Assembly (NCBI GenBank): GCA_963664195.1 | Contig: OY760907.1 | Coordinates: forward strand, 1,792,001-1,856,000 | DNA from: an uncultured candidate division Zixibacteria bacterium | GTDB taxonomy: Bacteria > Zixibacteria > MSB-5A5 > GN15 > FEB-12 | Length of the DNA stretch: 64,000 nt | Direction: 5' to 3' | Part shown: piece by piece, positions 41,101 to 52,144 of the stretch | Numbering within the stretch: the stretch's first letter is position 1 | Layout of the letters: each line of letters starts with the position of its first letter | Program-made: the position numbers and the translations under genes | Notes under the pieces: model-generated | Database searches by the model: none | Told to the model about the DNA's origin: nothing | Seen by the model: only the letters and a program-made list of their open reading frames with translations

Positions 41101-41522
41101 CGTATCACCTCCTACTACAAGGATATACGGGGGACGATGTTCTCTCAGCAATAATAAAACGGCCTCTGATGTCTTGGTTCGCCCCGTAGGCCAGCGGCTT
41201 GGCCGCAATTGGGTTCACTGACGTAACACTTTCTGAGTGCTATCGGTTCTGGGCAAAAGATGATCAACCTCCGGCTATCAGAAAGAGACAGAACGCGATA
41301 TCGGAGGTCAATGCTGCGAGGAATGCGGGATTGGCCGTTCCCAATCGAACGTCCAAAAAGTGGTTGCATAAGTGGATGACAATGGTTATGTTTTGATCGT
41401 CCGGGGAATGGCAAAAAACATCTATTGATCTGTTCTTGCACGTTCGTCTGAGAACCCAACTGCTACGGGATGCACATTTCCCGCGTGATGTTCGTATACC
41501 ATACATGCGAAAGGGATCTGCT

Positions 41523-44261
41523 ATGTTGTATGTCGCTTCGACCCCGAAACGGCGCGTTTTCTTGCCGTATCTTCTTGCCGCGCTGGTCTTTGTGTGTACC
41601 GTACCGTTTACGGCGTTTGCTCAGGCACCTGCGGTTGTCTCCACCGGTCCGGTGGCCAGCTCGACTACTGCGCCGGTGACATCTGACATTCTGGTCACGT
41701 TTGACGAGGCAATGAATGTCGCGACATTCGACGCCTCGACCTTCGCCGTATGGGGAGAGAAATCCGGTCCGCATTCCGGGACGTTTTCGTCCGGTTCCGG
41801 GGGGACAGTGATTACTTTTGTTCCCGATCTTGATTTCGCGCACGGTGAGTTGGTAACCGTGACGGTGAGCACCGGGCTGGAATCGGCCGCCGGTTTCAGT
41901 CCCGATCAGGGATTTACGTGGACCTTCTACGCCGCCGCAGCAGGCACCGGAGTCGGGGCCTTCACCGATGCTACAATCTACGATATTGACCCGAACTCCT
42001 ATGCCCTGACCTCGGCCGACCTCGACGGAGATCAGGATATCGATTTGGTTGTGGTTCACAGAGGCGGGCGCAATGTTGCTGCTGTTCACCTCAACGATGG
42101 TAGCGGCGGCTTTGCCCTGGATAGTACCTACGGCGTGGGATCCGAGCCCCACCATATCATGGCCGCAGATCTGAATAGTGACGGGTACAGTGACCTGACA
42201 ACGGCCAACTTCGGCGATGGGAGCATCTCGGTGCTGCTCAATGCGGGCGACGGTACGTTTGAGCCTAAGATTGACTACGTTGTTGGCGAGACCCCCATAT
42301 TCGTGTGCGCCTCTGATCTGGATGGCGACGGAGATTTGGACATGGTCACTGTTGACCGTGCCCTGGACAGCTTGCATCTCCTGTGGAATAACGGCAATGG
42401 TACTTTCGGGGGACAGGTCTCTTGCGAAGTGGGCAACGGCCCTCGTGCAGTGTCAGCCTGTGACGTGAACGGTGACGGTGCTCCGGATCTCATTACAGCT
42501 GACGGATATGGCGGCGGTTTCACTACGTTGCTCAATTCGGGAGACGGATCATTGAGCCTGTATCAGCAGACGATAACCGGCCATGACCCGTATTCCGTCG
42601 TCACTGGCGACTTCGATGCCGATGGCGATCCTGACCTCGCTCTCTGTCAGTTGAACAGCAGAAACGTTGTGGTGCGGGCCAACGATGGGACGGGTGCTTT
42701 TGTGTTTGACGAGTCTCAAATGGTTGTGGGGGGACCGCAGTCTATGATTGGAGCCGATCTGGACGCCGACGGTGACCTTGATATTGCAGCGGGCTGCGCC
42801 TACTACGATGCCTATGTGGCGGTGCTCAAGAACAACGGTGCTGCAGATTTGGACACCGTCAGTTTCTTTCAACCCGATTACCAGCATAGCTGGATAACGG
42901 CGGCTGATTTCGACGGCGACGGCGACGTTGACCTGGCGACCGTGACGTACCTTGCCGGCTTATTGTACGTGATGGAGAACCAATCATGTTATGATCCCGA
43001 CGGTGACGGTTACGGCGATGTCGGATCCCCTGAATCGGAGTGCATGCTTGACAACTGTCCTGGTATTTACAATCCCGATCAGGCCGATAACAATGACGAC
43101 GGCATAGGCAATGCCTGTGACCCTGACTTCAGGTAGGTCATTCATGTGCCGGGCGATGCTCCCAGCATACAGATGGCCATCGAGTGGGCATCGGACGGCG
43201 ACACCGTCCTGGTCGGTGGCGTATCCATGACGGAGAACATCGATTTCCTTGGCAAGCGCATTGTCGTGAAGGGAAGCCAGGCCAGCCTTGAACCGGCCAA
43301 CCCCAACTTGCCGGTTGTGACTATGTCTTCGGGAGAACCGAGGGGTGCCGAACTCAGTAATTTCTACATTCACTCAGGGGCGGCTGCCGGTGTCGTATGT
43401 AATGGAACATCGCCGATAATCCGTGACTGCTATTTTACCAGTAGACTGGGCCAGGGTGATATTGAGGCGATGATTGACCTGACCAATGCCAGCGGCGCAG
43501 TCATTGAGAACAATGAGTTCTCGGGCGAGTTTGCTCCGTACGATGTCGGGGCGGTCATTCGGCTAAATGACGGCTGCAGCAATGACACCATCGCCTACAA
43601 TCTGGTATACCCCTTTGATAACGGCGCGGTGATTGCGTGTCGGGACAACGTTGAAGGACTTCTCATTCACAACAACAACCTGTGGGCCGCAACGTCGCAC
43701 GGTGTTCTCGTTGAAGGTTCCGGTTCCGTAGATATCCGCAACAACATCATCATGCATGCGCCGGAGTACGCCGTCTATTGTGGCGTCGGCTGTACGTCGG
43801 CAATTACCGCCGAGTACAACTGTGTCTACGATAACGGCGGCACGTTCAATTTCACCGCGGGCGTCGGAAACTTCACAGATGACCCGGAGTTCCGCCACTC
43901 GGACGGCTACGATTTTCGCCTGAGGACCGGTTCTCCCTGCATAGACGCCGGAGATCCTGATCCCTTCTACAACGACGCCGACGGTTCTCGAAACGACGTC
44001 GGGTTTCTGGAGTACACCGAGGCGTGTTGCCGGTCGTTGGGGAACGTAGATCGTTCGTTGGATCAGTTGGTTACTATGGGAGATCTTACGGTGTTGATCG
44101 ACCATCTCTTCATCAGCCTCACCCCGCTTGTATGTGTGGAGGAGGGGAACGTTGATCTTAGCGCTGATAAGCTCGTGACAATGGGTGATCTGACAGTAAT
44201 GATCGATTACCTGTTCATTTGCTTGGGATGTGTGTTCAATTGTGCTGACCTGCCGTATTAG
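41523..44261 (+). pseudogene. secreted Ig-like + FG-GAP + TSP3 + right-handed beta-helix + dockerin protein split by an in-frame TAG at 43134-43136
   Basis: ORFs 41436-43136 and 43146-44261 share a frame; the junction reads CDPDFR*VIHVPGDAPSIQ; the second part has no signal peptide. Confidence 0.7.
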
Positions 44262-44305
44262 GTAGCGAGAACTATAACGTTTCAGGACGAGAGGGGTCTT
44301 GTGAC

Positions 44306-45046
44306 ATGATTAGAATAGCGTTTACTCTTGTAGTGTTTCTGATTGGCACTTCTTCTGCGTTGGGCGACGCACCTCCGTGGTGCGAGATCGGTTCAGAGGA
44401 GCAGTTCTGCGAGCATATAGTCCGGGTCACGGTTGGCGACATTGACAATGAGAGTGCCCACTCGCCCGGCGGTTATGCCGACTATACTCTGGAGCTTGCG
44501 ACGGAGATGGCACAGGGCAGACAGTACCAGATCACCGTTGTCGGTGCGGAGATTTTTCCGGGAGACTGTGTGGGTGCCTGGGTCGACTGGAATCAGGACT
44601 ATATGTTTGACGATTCACCAGGCTCGGCTGAGAAAGTGTTCTTCGACGTCAGCTCCGGCCCCGGACCCTACACCGGCACCGTTGTTGTGCCGCAGGATGC
44701 ACCGCTTGGAACGCCCTGGCTGCGTGTTCGCCTCGCCTTTGAGACGGTAGCGCCGTGCGGAGTCACGCGATACGGCGAGACGGAAGACTACACGATCGTT
44801 GTGGTCCCTGGTACCTGTTGTACGGGACCTTCCAGAGGGAATGTCGACGGGTCGCCGGACAACCTCGTGACAATGAGTGATTTGACCGAGATGATCTCGC
44901 ACCTGTTTATTCTCATGCATCCGGCGAGATGCAATGACGAGGGCAACGTCGATCTGTCGGTGGACGGAATGGTGACTATGTCCGATTTGACAGTCTTGAT
45001 CGATCACTTATTCATATCGCTCGATCCGCTCCCGCCTTGCCCGTAA
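44306..45046 (+). CDS. secreted GEVED-domain protein with dockerin-like C-terminus
   Basis: WVDWNQD..F, LRVR, YGETEDY; GNVD...MSDLT repeats. Confidence 0.85.
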   Translation: MIRIAFTLVVFLIGTSSALGDAPPWCEIGSEEQFCEHIVRVTVGDIDNESAHSPGGYADYTLELATEMAQGRQYQITVVGAEIFPGDCVGAWVDWNQDYMFDDSPGSAEKVFFDVSSGPGPYTGTVVVPQDAPLGTPWLRVRLAFETVAPCGVTRYGETEDYTIVVVPGTCCTGPSRGNVDGSPDNLVTMSDLTEMISHLFILMHPARCNDEGNVDLSVDGMVTMSDLTVLIDHLFISLDPLPPCP

Positions 45047-45417
45047 CAGTGGCAACTGAGCCACAAGTCCGCACCGGCCGCTTCCTTCAGGAGGCGGCCG
45101 GTGCTCGTTGTGTCTTTCTGAGGTCACCGGTTCAGGCTCAAGCCGGTTGACAAATGGCCGGTTACGCCTATATTACGATTGTAATACGCGGACCTCACGC
45201 CGCCTGTACATGTCAAACAATGTCTGCGGATGCATCGAATGGGTGCGTTCGCTGCCTTTACCGCCCAGGGATGACCCGCATTGCAGAATAAACGTTGCGA
45301 ACTCTTTTTCGTCCTTACAGCAGAGACATTGAGTGCAGGTGTTGGTTTTTCTCTGGTTCGGAGAGTGCAGTCTAATCTGAAAGAAACAAACGTATTTTCT
45401 ATACGGAAGGGGTGTAG

Positions 45418-47844
45418 ATGATGTCTAGAACGATATTGATAACCTTGTTTGCAGCGCTGATGCTGTGCAGCGGAGCGGTTGGCGCTGACTTGTACCGCGT
45501 CGCGGTTCAGTCCGGAACGGACGCTGCTCTGTTGGCCAAAGCCGAGGTTGAGGCACTGGTCCGGATTCAAGACGGGTACCTGGTGCTCGCGGATGGGGAA
45601 GGTCTCGAGAGACTGGACAAGTACGGTCTGACCGCCCAGTTCCTTGCTTCCGATCTGACCGCCGAAGAGATAGCCGTCGACGGTCGTCTTGATCGCGCCA
45701 ACGTAGGCAGCTTGCCACTCCTGTTTGAGGAAGACAATCTTCGCGTCTATCGTGTTGACGTGCATGAATTGGAAACCATGCCCTCTCCGCCGCAGGTCTT
45801 TCCAGTGACCCCGCTCAAGCCGACGATCGACTTCGCCAAACCCGAGCCGGTTGATGTGGCTGCCATGCGGACCAAAGCGATGGCCGATTTGGATTCGCTG
45901 ATAGCACAGGTCAACAAAGATTCACTTACGTCATATGTCGAGACGATGCAGGCGTTTGGCGTCCGTCTTTGCGGCAGTGCCGTCTATAATCAGGCCCGCG
46001 ACTGGTACGCCGATCAGCTCACCTCGTTCGGATACGACTCGGTCGTCATTGACCAGTTCACCTCCGGCAACACGTATCACAACGTTTATGCCGTCAAGGT
46101 TGGCAGCCGTTTCCCCGACCACCAGATCGTCATTGGCTCGCACCTTGACGCCGTGTCTTCGTCGCCGGGCGCGGATGACAACGGCTCCGGTTCTGCCGCT
46201 GTACTCGAAATAGCGCGAATACTCAAGGACGTCGAAACCGATATGACGTTTGTGTTTGCTACTTTCGATGCGGAGGAAATCGGACTCGTCGGTTCCAACA
46301 ACTACGCCGACAGGGCGCTGGCTAACGGTGACAACATCGTATTGATGTTCAACATGGATATGATCGCGCACTACGAAAACACCAACCAGGCGAAATTGTA
46401 CCACGGTACTGATGTCCAGTATGCCAACATCTGGCAGGACCTCGCCGACTCGCTGGTGGGAATCACCGGTAATCTGATGGGGAGTACTTCCGGTTCCGAT
46501 CACTACCCGTTCCAGCAGAACGGCTATTCGGTCGTGTTCCTGCACGAGCAGATTTTCTCGACCGTGTATCACTCGTATCAGGACAGCACGACCTATATGG
46601 ATTTCGACTACATGACTGAAATGGTCAAAGCCTCGCTTGCGACCGTGTATTATGTCAACTCCACCCAGGGGCCGCGCCCATCGCTTGAGTTTGAGTATCC
46701 CGGCGGGCTGCCGACCGCTCTCACGCCCGACGTACCGAATACGTTTGAGGTTGTGGTGAGTGCGTTGTACGAGGGGACTCCCGTATCCGGTTCAGGTGAG
46801 TTGCACTATGCTATCGACGGCGGTGCATACACTTCGGTTGCCATGACCGAGACTTCGGCGAATCATTACGATGCCACGCTGCCGGCCCTCTCGTGCGGGC
46901 AGTACCTGCACTACTACGTGACTGCTGAAGAACTCGACGAGGGTGAGTTCCGGGATCCGGTCGATGCTCAACTCGCTTTCCCGGCTACCGATGTTGTGAC
47001 CGTGTTTGAAGACGATTTCGACACTGATAAAGGCTGGACGCCCGAGGGTTCATGGGCACGCGGCACACCGACCGGCGGCGGCGGTGACCACGGCAGCCCC
47101 GACCCTACCTCGGGTCATTCCGGTACGTCAGTCTTCGGGTACAACCTGAGCGGCGACTACGGGGCAAACATGGACGAAACTCACTTGACCTCACCGTCGC
47201 TGAATTGCACCGGACTTTTCAATGTCACGTTGGATTTCTGGCGCTGGCTCGGAGTTGAGCAGCCGTCGTATGACCATGCTTACATTCGCATCAGCAATGA
47301 CGGTACCTCGTGGAATACGATCTGGGAGAACACCGAGGAAGTTGCCGATGGTGCCTGGAGCGAGCACACGTTTGACATCTCTGAGTACGCCGACAATCAG
47401 GCGAACGTGTACGTTCGCTACACGATGGGCGAGACAGACGGTTCCTGGTTCTATTGCGGTTGGAACATTGACGACGTCGCCATCACCGGATACGGTTGTG
47501 ATTTGAGCCCCGACTCAGACTCAGACGGTTTCCCGGATGCTACGGACAACTGTCCCTACTTCTTCAACCCGCTTCAGGAAGATACTGATGAAGATGGTGT
47601 CGGCGACGCTTGTTGTTGCGCCGGACCTTCGGTGGGTAACGTCGATGGTTCCGCGGACAATCTGGTGACAATGGGTGATCTGACGGTTATGATCGACGCC
47701 CTGTTTATCTCGCTGGTTCCGATTGGATGTCCTTCGGAGGGCAACATTGACCAGAGTGTCGACGGCCTGATCACGATGGGTGATCTGACGGTATTGATCG
47801 ACGCCTTGTTCATCAGCCTCGATCCGCTCCCCGGCTGCCCGTAG
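45418..47844 (+). CDS. secreted M28-family metallopeptidase with TSP3 and dockerin-like domains
   Basis: GSHLD, GADDNGSG, AEEIGLVGS, NMDM, SDH, YH motifs. Confidence 0.9.
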   Translation: MMSRTILITLFAALMLCSGAVGADLYRVAVQSGTDAALLAKAEVEALVRIQDGYLVLADGEGLERLDKYGLTAQFLASDLTAEEIAVDGRLDRANVGSLPLLFEEDNLRVYRVDVHELETMPSPPQVFPVTPLKPTIDFAKPEPVDVAAMRTKAMADLDSLIAQVNKDSLTSYVETMQAFGVRLCGSAVYNQARDWYADQLTSFGYDSVVIDQFTSGNTYHNVYAVKVGSRFPDHQIVIGSHLDAVSSSPGADDNGSGSAAVLEIARILKDVETDMTFVFATFDAEEIGLVGSNNYADRALANGDNIVLMFNMDMIAHYENTNQAKLYHGTDVQYANIWQDLADSLVGITGNLMGSTSGSDHYPFQQNGYSVVFLHEQIFSTVYHSYQDSTTYMDFDYMTEMVKASLATVYYVNSTQGPRPSLEFEYPGGLPTALTPDVPNTFEVVVSALYEGTPVSGSGELHYAIDGGAYTSVAMTETSANHYDATLPALSCGQYLHYYVTAEELDEGEFRDPVDAQLAFPATDVVTVFEDDFDTDKGWTPEGSWARGTPTGGGGDHGSPDPTSGHSGTSVFGYNLSGDYGANMDETHLTSPSLNCTGLFNVTLDFWRWLGVEQPSYDHAYIRISNDGTSWNTIWENTEEVADGAWSEHTFDISEYADNQANVYVRYTMGETDGSWFYCGWNIDDVAITGYGCDLSPDSDSDGFPDATDNCPYFFNPLQEDTDEDGVGDACCCAGPSVGNVDGSADNLVTMGDLTVMIDALFISLVPIGCPSEGNIDQSVDGLITMGDLTVLIDALFISLDPLPGCP

Positions 47845-47965
47845 GCCTGGAGCAATGCAGCTAGTCGATGAAACCCGCCCGGGCACGGGCGGGCTACCGG
47901 ATTAGGATAGAGCAGCGTAGGTCAAAACCAGCGCAACAATGTTGCCCTGCGGTTTTGACATTGAA

Positions 47966-47993
47966 GTCGAAACTGCAGGAGTTTCGACCTACA
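47966..47993 (+). repeat. REP-like palindrome family B (also 25794-25818, 30108-30132, degenerate 34261-34284)
   Basis: GTCGAAACTGCAGGAGTTTCGACCTACA; the reverse strand starts GTAGG followed by a hairpin. Confidence 0.75.
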
Positions 47994-48124
47994 GCGTTTC
48001 CAACTTGTGGGCGGCAGACACCCTTGTCTGCCCCAGCCATGATTTCCAACGGCCGCTTTCTGACAGGAGGCGGCCGTTGTTGTTGTGTACCGCGGGCCGC
48101 ATTCGTTATATTCCTGCCAGCACT

Positions 48125-49069
48125 ATGTCTACGCGCAAGGAAACAAATCTCGATTTCGCACAGAACCTGGATTTCTCCGAAATCCTCACCAACCCGATTC
48201 TGGACATTGCCGCCCGATTCTGGGAGGAAGATCGGTACGAGGCCTTCCAGGTCTGCTACCGCTCTATGCGTAAGATCGATGACCTCGTGGATGACCGTAA
48301 AGAGGCCGGCACCAAAATCACCCCCGAAGAAATGGCCGAGATGCGTGATCTCATGCTCGGTTGGCTCGAGGCTGCCCGGTGCGGTGACCGATCCAACCCG
48401 TTCCTTCAAGACTTTCTGAAGACGCTCGATCGTTTCGCCCTGCCGCTGTGGCCGTGGGAACGGCTCTGCGTGGCCATGTCTTATGATCTCGACCATAACG
48501 GTTTCGCCAACTTCCGCGCCTTTCTGCGCTACGCAGAGGGGGCCGCAATTGCTCCCGCCTCGGTATTCATGCACCTGTGCGGGGTCACAAAAACTAAGCG
48601 CGGATACACTCCGCCCGCTTATAACATTCGTGAGGCAGCCCGACCGTTGGCTGTCTTTTCGTATCTTGTGCATATCATGCGGGATTTCCAGAAAGACCAC
48701 GTGCGTGGCCTCAACTACTTCGCCGAAGACCAACTAGTTGGTTTCGATCTGACTGTCGAAGGTTTGGGGGAAATGGCCAGAAGAGGAGAAGTCACACCTC
48801 AATTCCGCAGGTTGATCGCTCGCTACGTGGATTTTGCCGAGTATTACCGGGCCAAAGCCCGCCGCACAATTGATGCAATTCTGCCGTGTCTGGAGCCTCG
48901 TTATCAATTGTCGTTTGAGATGATTTACAGCCTGTATATGCAGATATTCGAACGAATCGACCCGAATGTCGGCAATTTTACTACCGCAGAAACCAACCCG
49001 TCCTCCTCGCAAGTCAATGCCCGTATTAAAGATACGGTGAATGGTCTTCGCGCTATTTCCGTTCGCTAA
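48125..49069 (+). CDS. squalene/phytoene synthase family protein
   Basis: RKIDDLVDD first Asp-rich motif; HIMRDFQKD..RGLNY second motif. Confidence 0.8.
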   Translation: MSTRKETNLDFAQNLDFSEILTNPILDIAARFWEEDRYEAFQVCYRSMRKIDDLVDDRKEAGTKITPEEMAEMRDLMLGWLEAARCGDRSNPFLQDFLKTLDRFALPLWPWERLCVAMSYDLDHNGFANFRAFLRYAEGAAIAPASVFMHLCGVTKTKRGYTPPAYNIREAARPLAVFSYLVHIMRDFQKDHVRGLNYFAEDQLVGFDLTVEGLGEMARRGEVTPQFRRLIARYVDFAEYYRAKARRTIDAILPCLEPRYQLSFEMIYSLYMQIFERIDPNVGNFTTAETNPSSSQVNARIKDTVNGLRAISVR

Positions 49070-49212
49070 TCAATTTCCGTGGAAGAAAAGGCTGCCTGCG
49101 GTAGTATCAGGATCAGAAGGTCGCCGTTATTTTGGTTGATCGTGTCCCCGTGACACCACAGAATTCGGCGTGTACCGTGTATAAAGATTTATATAGCACG
49201 AGGTTATGAACA

Positions 49213-50571
49213 ATGAAGATCAGCAACGTTTTTCTTACCGTATTGATAATCGCCCTCGCCGGGTCGGTGGCTGCCGAGGACATAGCAGTTACCGTGTACA
49301 ACGGTGATCTCGGCGTGGTCAACGAGACCCGCGAACTCGAATTTGACAAGGGCGTTGGCAAACTTGCGTTCCGCGACGTTCCGGCCAGGATTGATGCCAG
49401 CTCGGTCAGATTCCAAGTTGCCAACGGGAGCGATATTGCCATTCTCGAACAGAACTATGCGTTTGATCTGGTATCGCCCGACCAGATGTACGCGAAATAT
49501 CTCGATCAGACGATTGAACTTATCGACAAGGAAGGCCGTCTTTACGGTGGACAGTTGCTGGCGTACTCCGGCAACATGGTGACGCTGCTTGAGAGTTCAG
49601 GAAGGGTTAAGATCGTTTCGCTTTCCAACATCACCGAGGTCAACTTTCCCGTCCTGCCGGATGGTCTCATTACCCGCCCGACGCTCTTCTGGCTCTACCA
49701 GTCCAATGTCTCCGGCAAAGAGAAGTGTGAAGTAAGCTACCAGACATCGGGTATGAACTGGACCGCGGAATACGTGGGGCTGCTTAACGAGAAGGAGACT
49801 CATCTCGATTTGTCCGGCTGGGCATCGATTAATAACGTCTCCGGCAAAACCTACGCCGACGCCAGGTTGAAACTGATTGCGGGGGATATTAACCGGGCGC
49901 GTCCGACCGGTTTTGACAAACGCGGCGGAATGGAACTCATGACGATGGCTCCCCGTGCGGATGCCGCCGGTTTTGAGGAGAAGGAATTCTTTGAATATCA
50001 CATGTACACCCTGCCGCGCAAGGCGACTCTTGCCAACAAAGAGGTCAAGCAGGTTTCGCTGTTTGAACCGGCCTCGACCTCGGTCGACAAGAAGTATCTT
50101 TACAAGCCGGACAGTGACCCTGAAGCTGTGTCTGTGAATGTCGAGTTCACCAACTCGAAGGAGAGCGGTCTCGGGATGCCGTTGCCGGCCGGACGGGTGC
50201 GGATGTTCAAAGCTGACTCCGACGGTTCCCTGATCCTGCTCGGTGAAGATCAGATCGAACACACGCCCAAAGACGAAGAAGTGATGCTGACCATCGGGAC
50301 GGCGTTTGATATCAAGGGTGAGCAGACGCTCGTATCGAAAGAGCGGATTTCCAAGCAAGTCGAAGACAGAGTGTTTGAAATAGAGCTGCGAAATCACAAG
50401 TCTGAGGATGTTGTGATTACGATAGAGAAACGGGTGTGGGGATTCTGGGAAGTCGTTGAATCGAACTTCGCGACCAAAAAGAAAGACGCCAATACGTTGA
50501 CAGTGGATGTTCCGGTCAAGGCGGACAGCACTGCCAAATTGACGCTCAAAGTCAGGATAACAAGCCGCTAA
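49213..50571 (+). CDS. DUF4139-domain secreted protein
   Basis: VTVYN, EQNYAFDL, WTAEY, FEYHMY, LPAGRVR. Confidence 0.8.
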   Translation: MKISNVFLTVLIIALAGSVAAEDIAVTVYNGDLGVVNETRELEFDKGVGKLAFRDVPARIDASSVRFQVANGSDIAILEQNYAFDLVSPDQMYAKYLDQTIELIDKEGRLYGGQLLAYSGNMVTLLESSGRVKIVSLSNITEVNFPVLPDGLITRPTLFWLYQSNVSGKEKCEVSYQTSGMNWTAEYVGLLNEKETHLDLSGWASINNVSGKTYADARLKLIAGDINRARPTGFDKRGGMELMTMAPRADAAGFEEKEFFEYHMYTLPRKATLANKEVKQVSLFEPASTSVDKKYLYKPDSDPEAVSVNVEFTNSKESGLGMPLPAGRVRMFKADSDGSLILLGEDQIEHTPKDEEVMLTIGTAFDIKGEQTLVSKERISKQVEDRVFEIELRNHKSEDVVITIEKRVWGFWEVVESNFATKKKDANTLTVDVPVKADSTAKLTLKVRITSR

Positions 50572-50654
50572 GTATAGCTCATGGTTGACAAGTTGCCGAG
50601 TACGAGTTACATTCGGTCCGAATTGCGCAGGCAACATTGTTTGAGGAGGTTGAG

Positions 50655-52079
50655 GTGAAACTAGTCCATAGATATTTAATACTGGCCCTGGCGTTGTTAA
50701 TCGTCGGCGGGGCAATAACTTCACAGGCTAAGACGCGTAAGCTGCCGATCAGCACGTACATCAAGTCGGCAAAGATTGAAATCCTGTCCGGTGACGAAGA
50801 TCGCATTCCCGGCGCTGTCGCCTTGCTTGACTCTCTGTTTATGAACTACGGTCCGCATGCCGAGGGTCTCTACTGGATGACACAGATTCAGGTCGACTAC
50901 ATCGAGCGCAAGGCTAACCTGGACGAGAAGAAGCCGTATGTCGAGAAGATGGTCGCCTATGCTGATTCTCTTCGCGCGTGCTGCGGCAACAAGGATATCA
51001 AAAAGAAATACCGCAAGAACTGTGACGAGTATGTCGCTGAGATTGACTCCACGCGCGTTCTCTACTGGAGAACCTACTACAATGCCGCCGTCGAGCAAAT
51101 CACCGAGGTGGAGGAAATCACCGAGACCTTGAAAGAAGTCACGACCGCTGAGGACAAAGAGTTCTACGAGACTCGCCGTGCGGCCCTGATTGATTCCACC
51201 AAGGATCGGATGTATCTGGCGATACTGATCGACTCGACCGATGCCCGCACGTATATCGGTCTCGGGTCCGCTTACGAGAAGTCGGAGGATTATCCGACAG
51301 CGATCGAATGGCTGGAACGCGGACTTGCCAAGGCCGGGGATCGCGCTCCGGTCGCTATACGGATCGCATACGATTATATCCAGATGGGCGAATTCTGCAA
51401 GACGATTCCGTACTTCCGGGAGTATATCGACGCCAATCTGGCCGACACGGCTGTGATGGCCGATGAACACAACAGGAGTATCGTAATCAGCACGATGCAC
51501 AACCTGGCGATTTGTTACAACAACTGCCAGCGGTACGACGAGGCATTCGGTGTGTTCGAGGAGATCATGGCACTAGATCCGGATGATGTCGAGGCAGTTA
51601 CCGGAGCGGGGCGGTACTTCACGCACATTGCCCAGGAAGCGTTGGACTCAGCCAATGTCTACCGGGATCAAGAGAACCAAGCCAAAGCAAAAGAGTGGCA
51701 GGACGTTCGGATGGAACGTTTTGAGAGAGCCCGTGGATTCCTGAAGCATGCCTTTGAGTTGAAGCAGGACGATATCGACGCCGCCGAAGAATACGCGATT
51801 GTGGCCGTAGTCCTTCAGAACAACGAAGAAGCGGCTGTTGCTTTCGCTCGCGCCTGCGAACTGGACCCCACTCGCGCCGACAACTGGCGGAGTCTTGGGG
51901 ATCGGTACCTCAAGATGGAAAGCTGGCCCGAATGCGCGGCCGCCTATGAGAAAGTCGTGGAGCTTCAGCCAGATAATGTCGAAATCTGGAAGTCGCTCAA
52001 GGCCCTGTATATCGAGCTTGGTAAGAAGCAGGCCAGAATCAATGCCGAGGCTAAGATCAAGAAACTCAGCGGCAACTAG
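50655..52079 (+). CDS. secreted TPR-repeat protein
   Basis: Signal peptide and many TPR-like repeats; start uncertain (50637 or 50655). Confidence 0.75.
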   Translation: MKLVHRYLILALALLIVGGAITSQAKTRKLPISTYIKSAKIEILSGDEDRIPGAVALLDSLFMNYGPHAEGLYWMTQIQVDYIERKANLDEKKPYVEKMVAYADSLRACCGNKDIKKKYRKNCDEYVAEIDSTRVLYWRTYYNAAVEQITEVEEITETLKEVTTAEDKEFYETRRAALIDSTKDRMYLAILIDSTDARTYIGLGSAYEKSEDYPTAIEWLERGLAKAGDRAPVAIRIAYDYIQMGEFCKTIPYFREYIDANLADTAVMADEHNRSIVISTMHNLAICYNNCQRYDEAFGVFEEIMALDPDDVEAVTGAGRYFTHIAQEALDSANVYRDQENQAKAKEWQDVRMERFERARGFLKHAFELKQDDIDAAEEYAIVAVVLQNNEEAAVAFARACELDPTRADNWRSLGDRYLKMESWPECAAAYEKVVELQPDNVEIWKSLKALYIELGKKQARINAEAKIKKLSGN

Positions 52080-52102
52080 CCTCGCAAAGAACATCAAGCC
52101 AT

Positions 52103-52132
52103 AAAAAGGGCTGGCCTCGGGCCAGCCCTTTT
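52103..52132. terminator. rho-independent terminator
   Basis: AAAAAGGGCTGGCC-TCG-GGCCAGCCCTTTT. Confidence 0.75.
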
Positions 52133-52144
52133 CTATATTCCTTT

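Noticed and set aside
43134..43136. Genome-wide stop-codon reassignment
   Set aside because: TAG, TAA and TGA all end conserved genes normally in this window (fbaA TAG, groEL TAA, acnA TGA).
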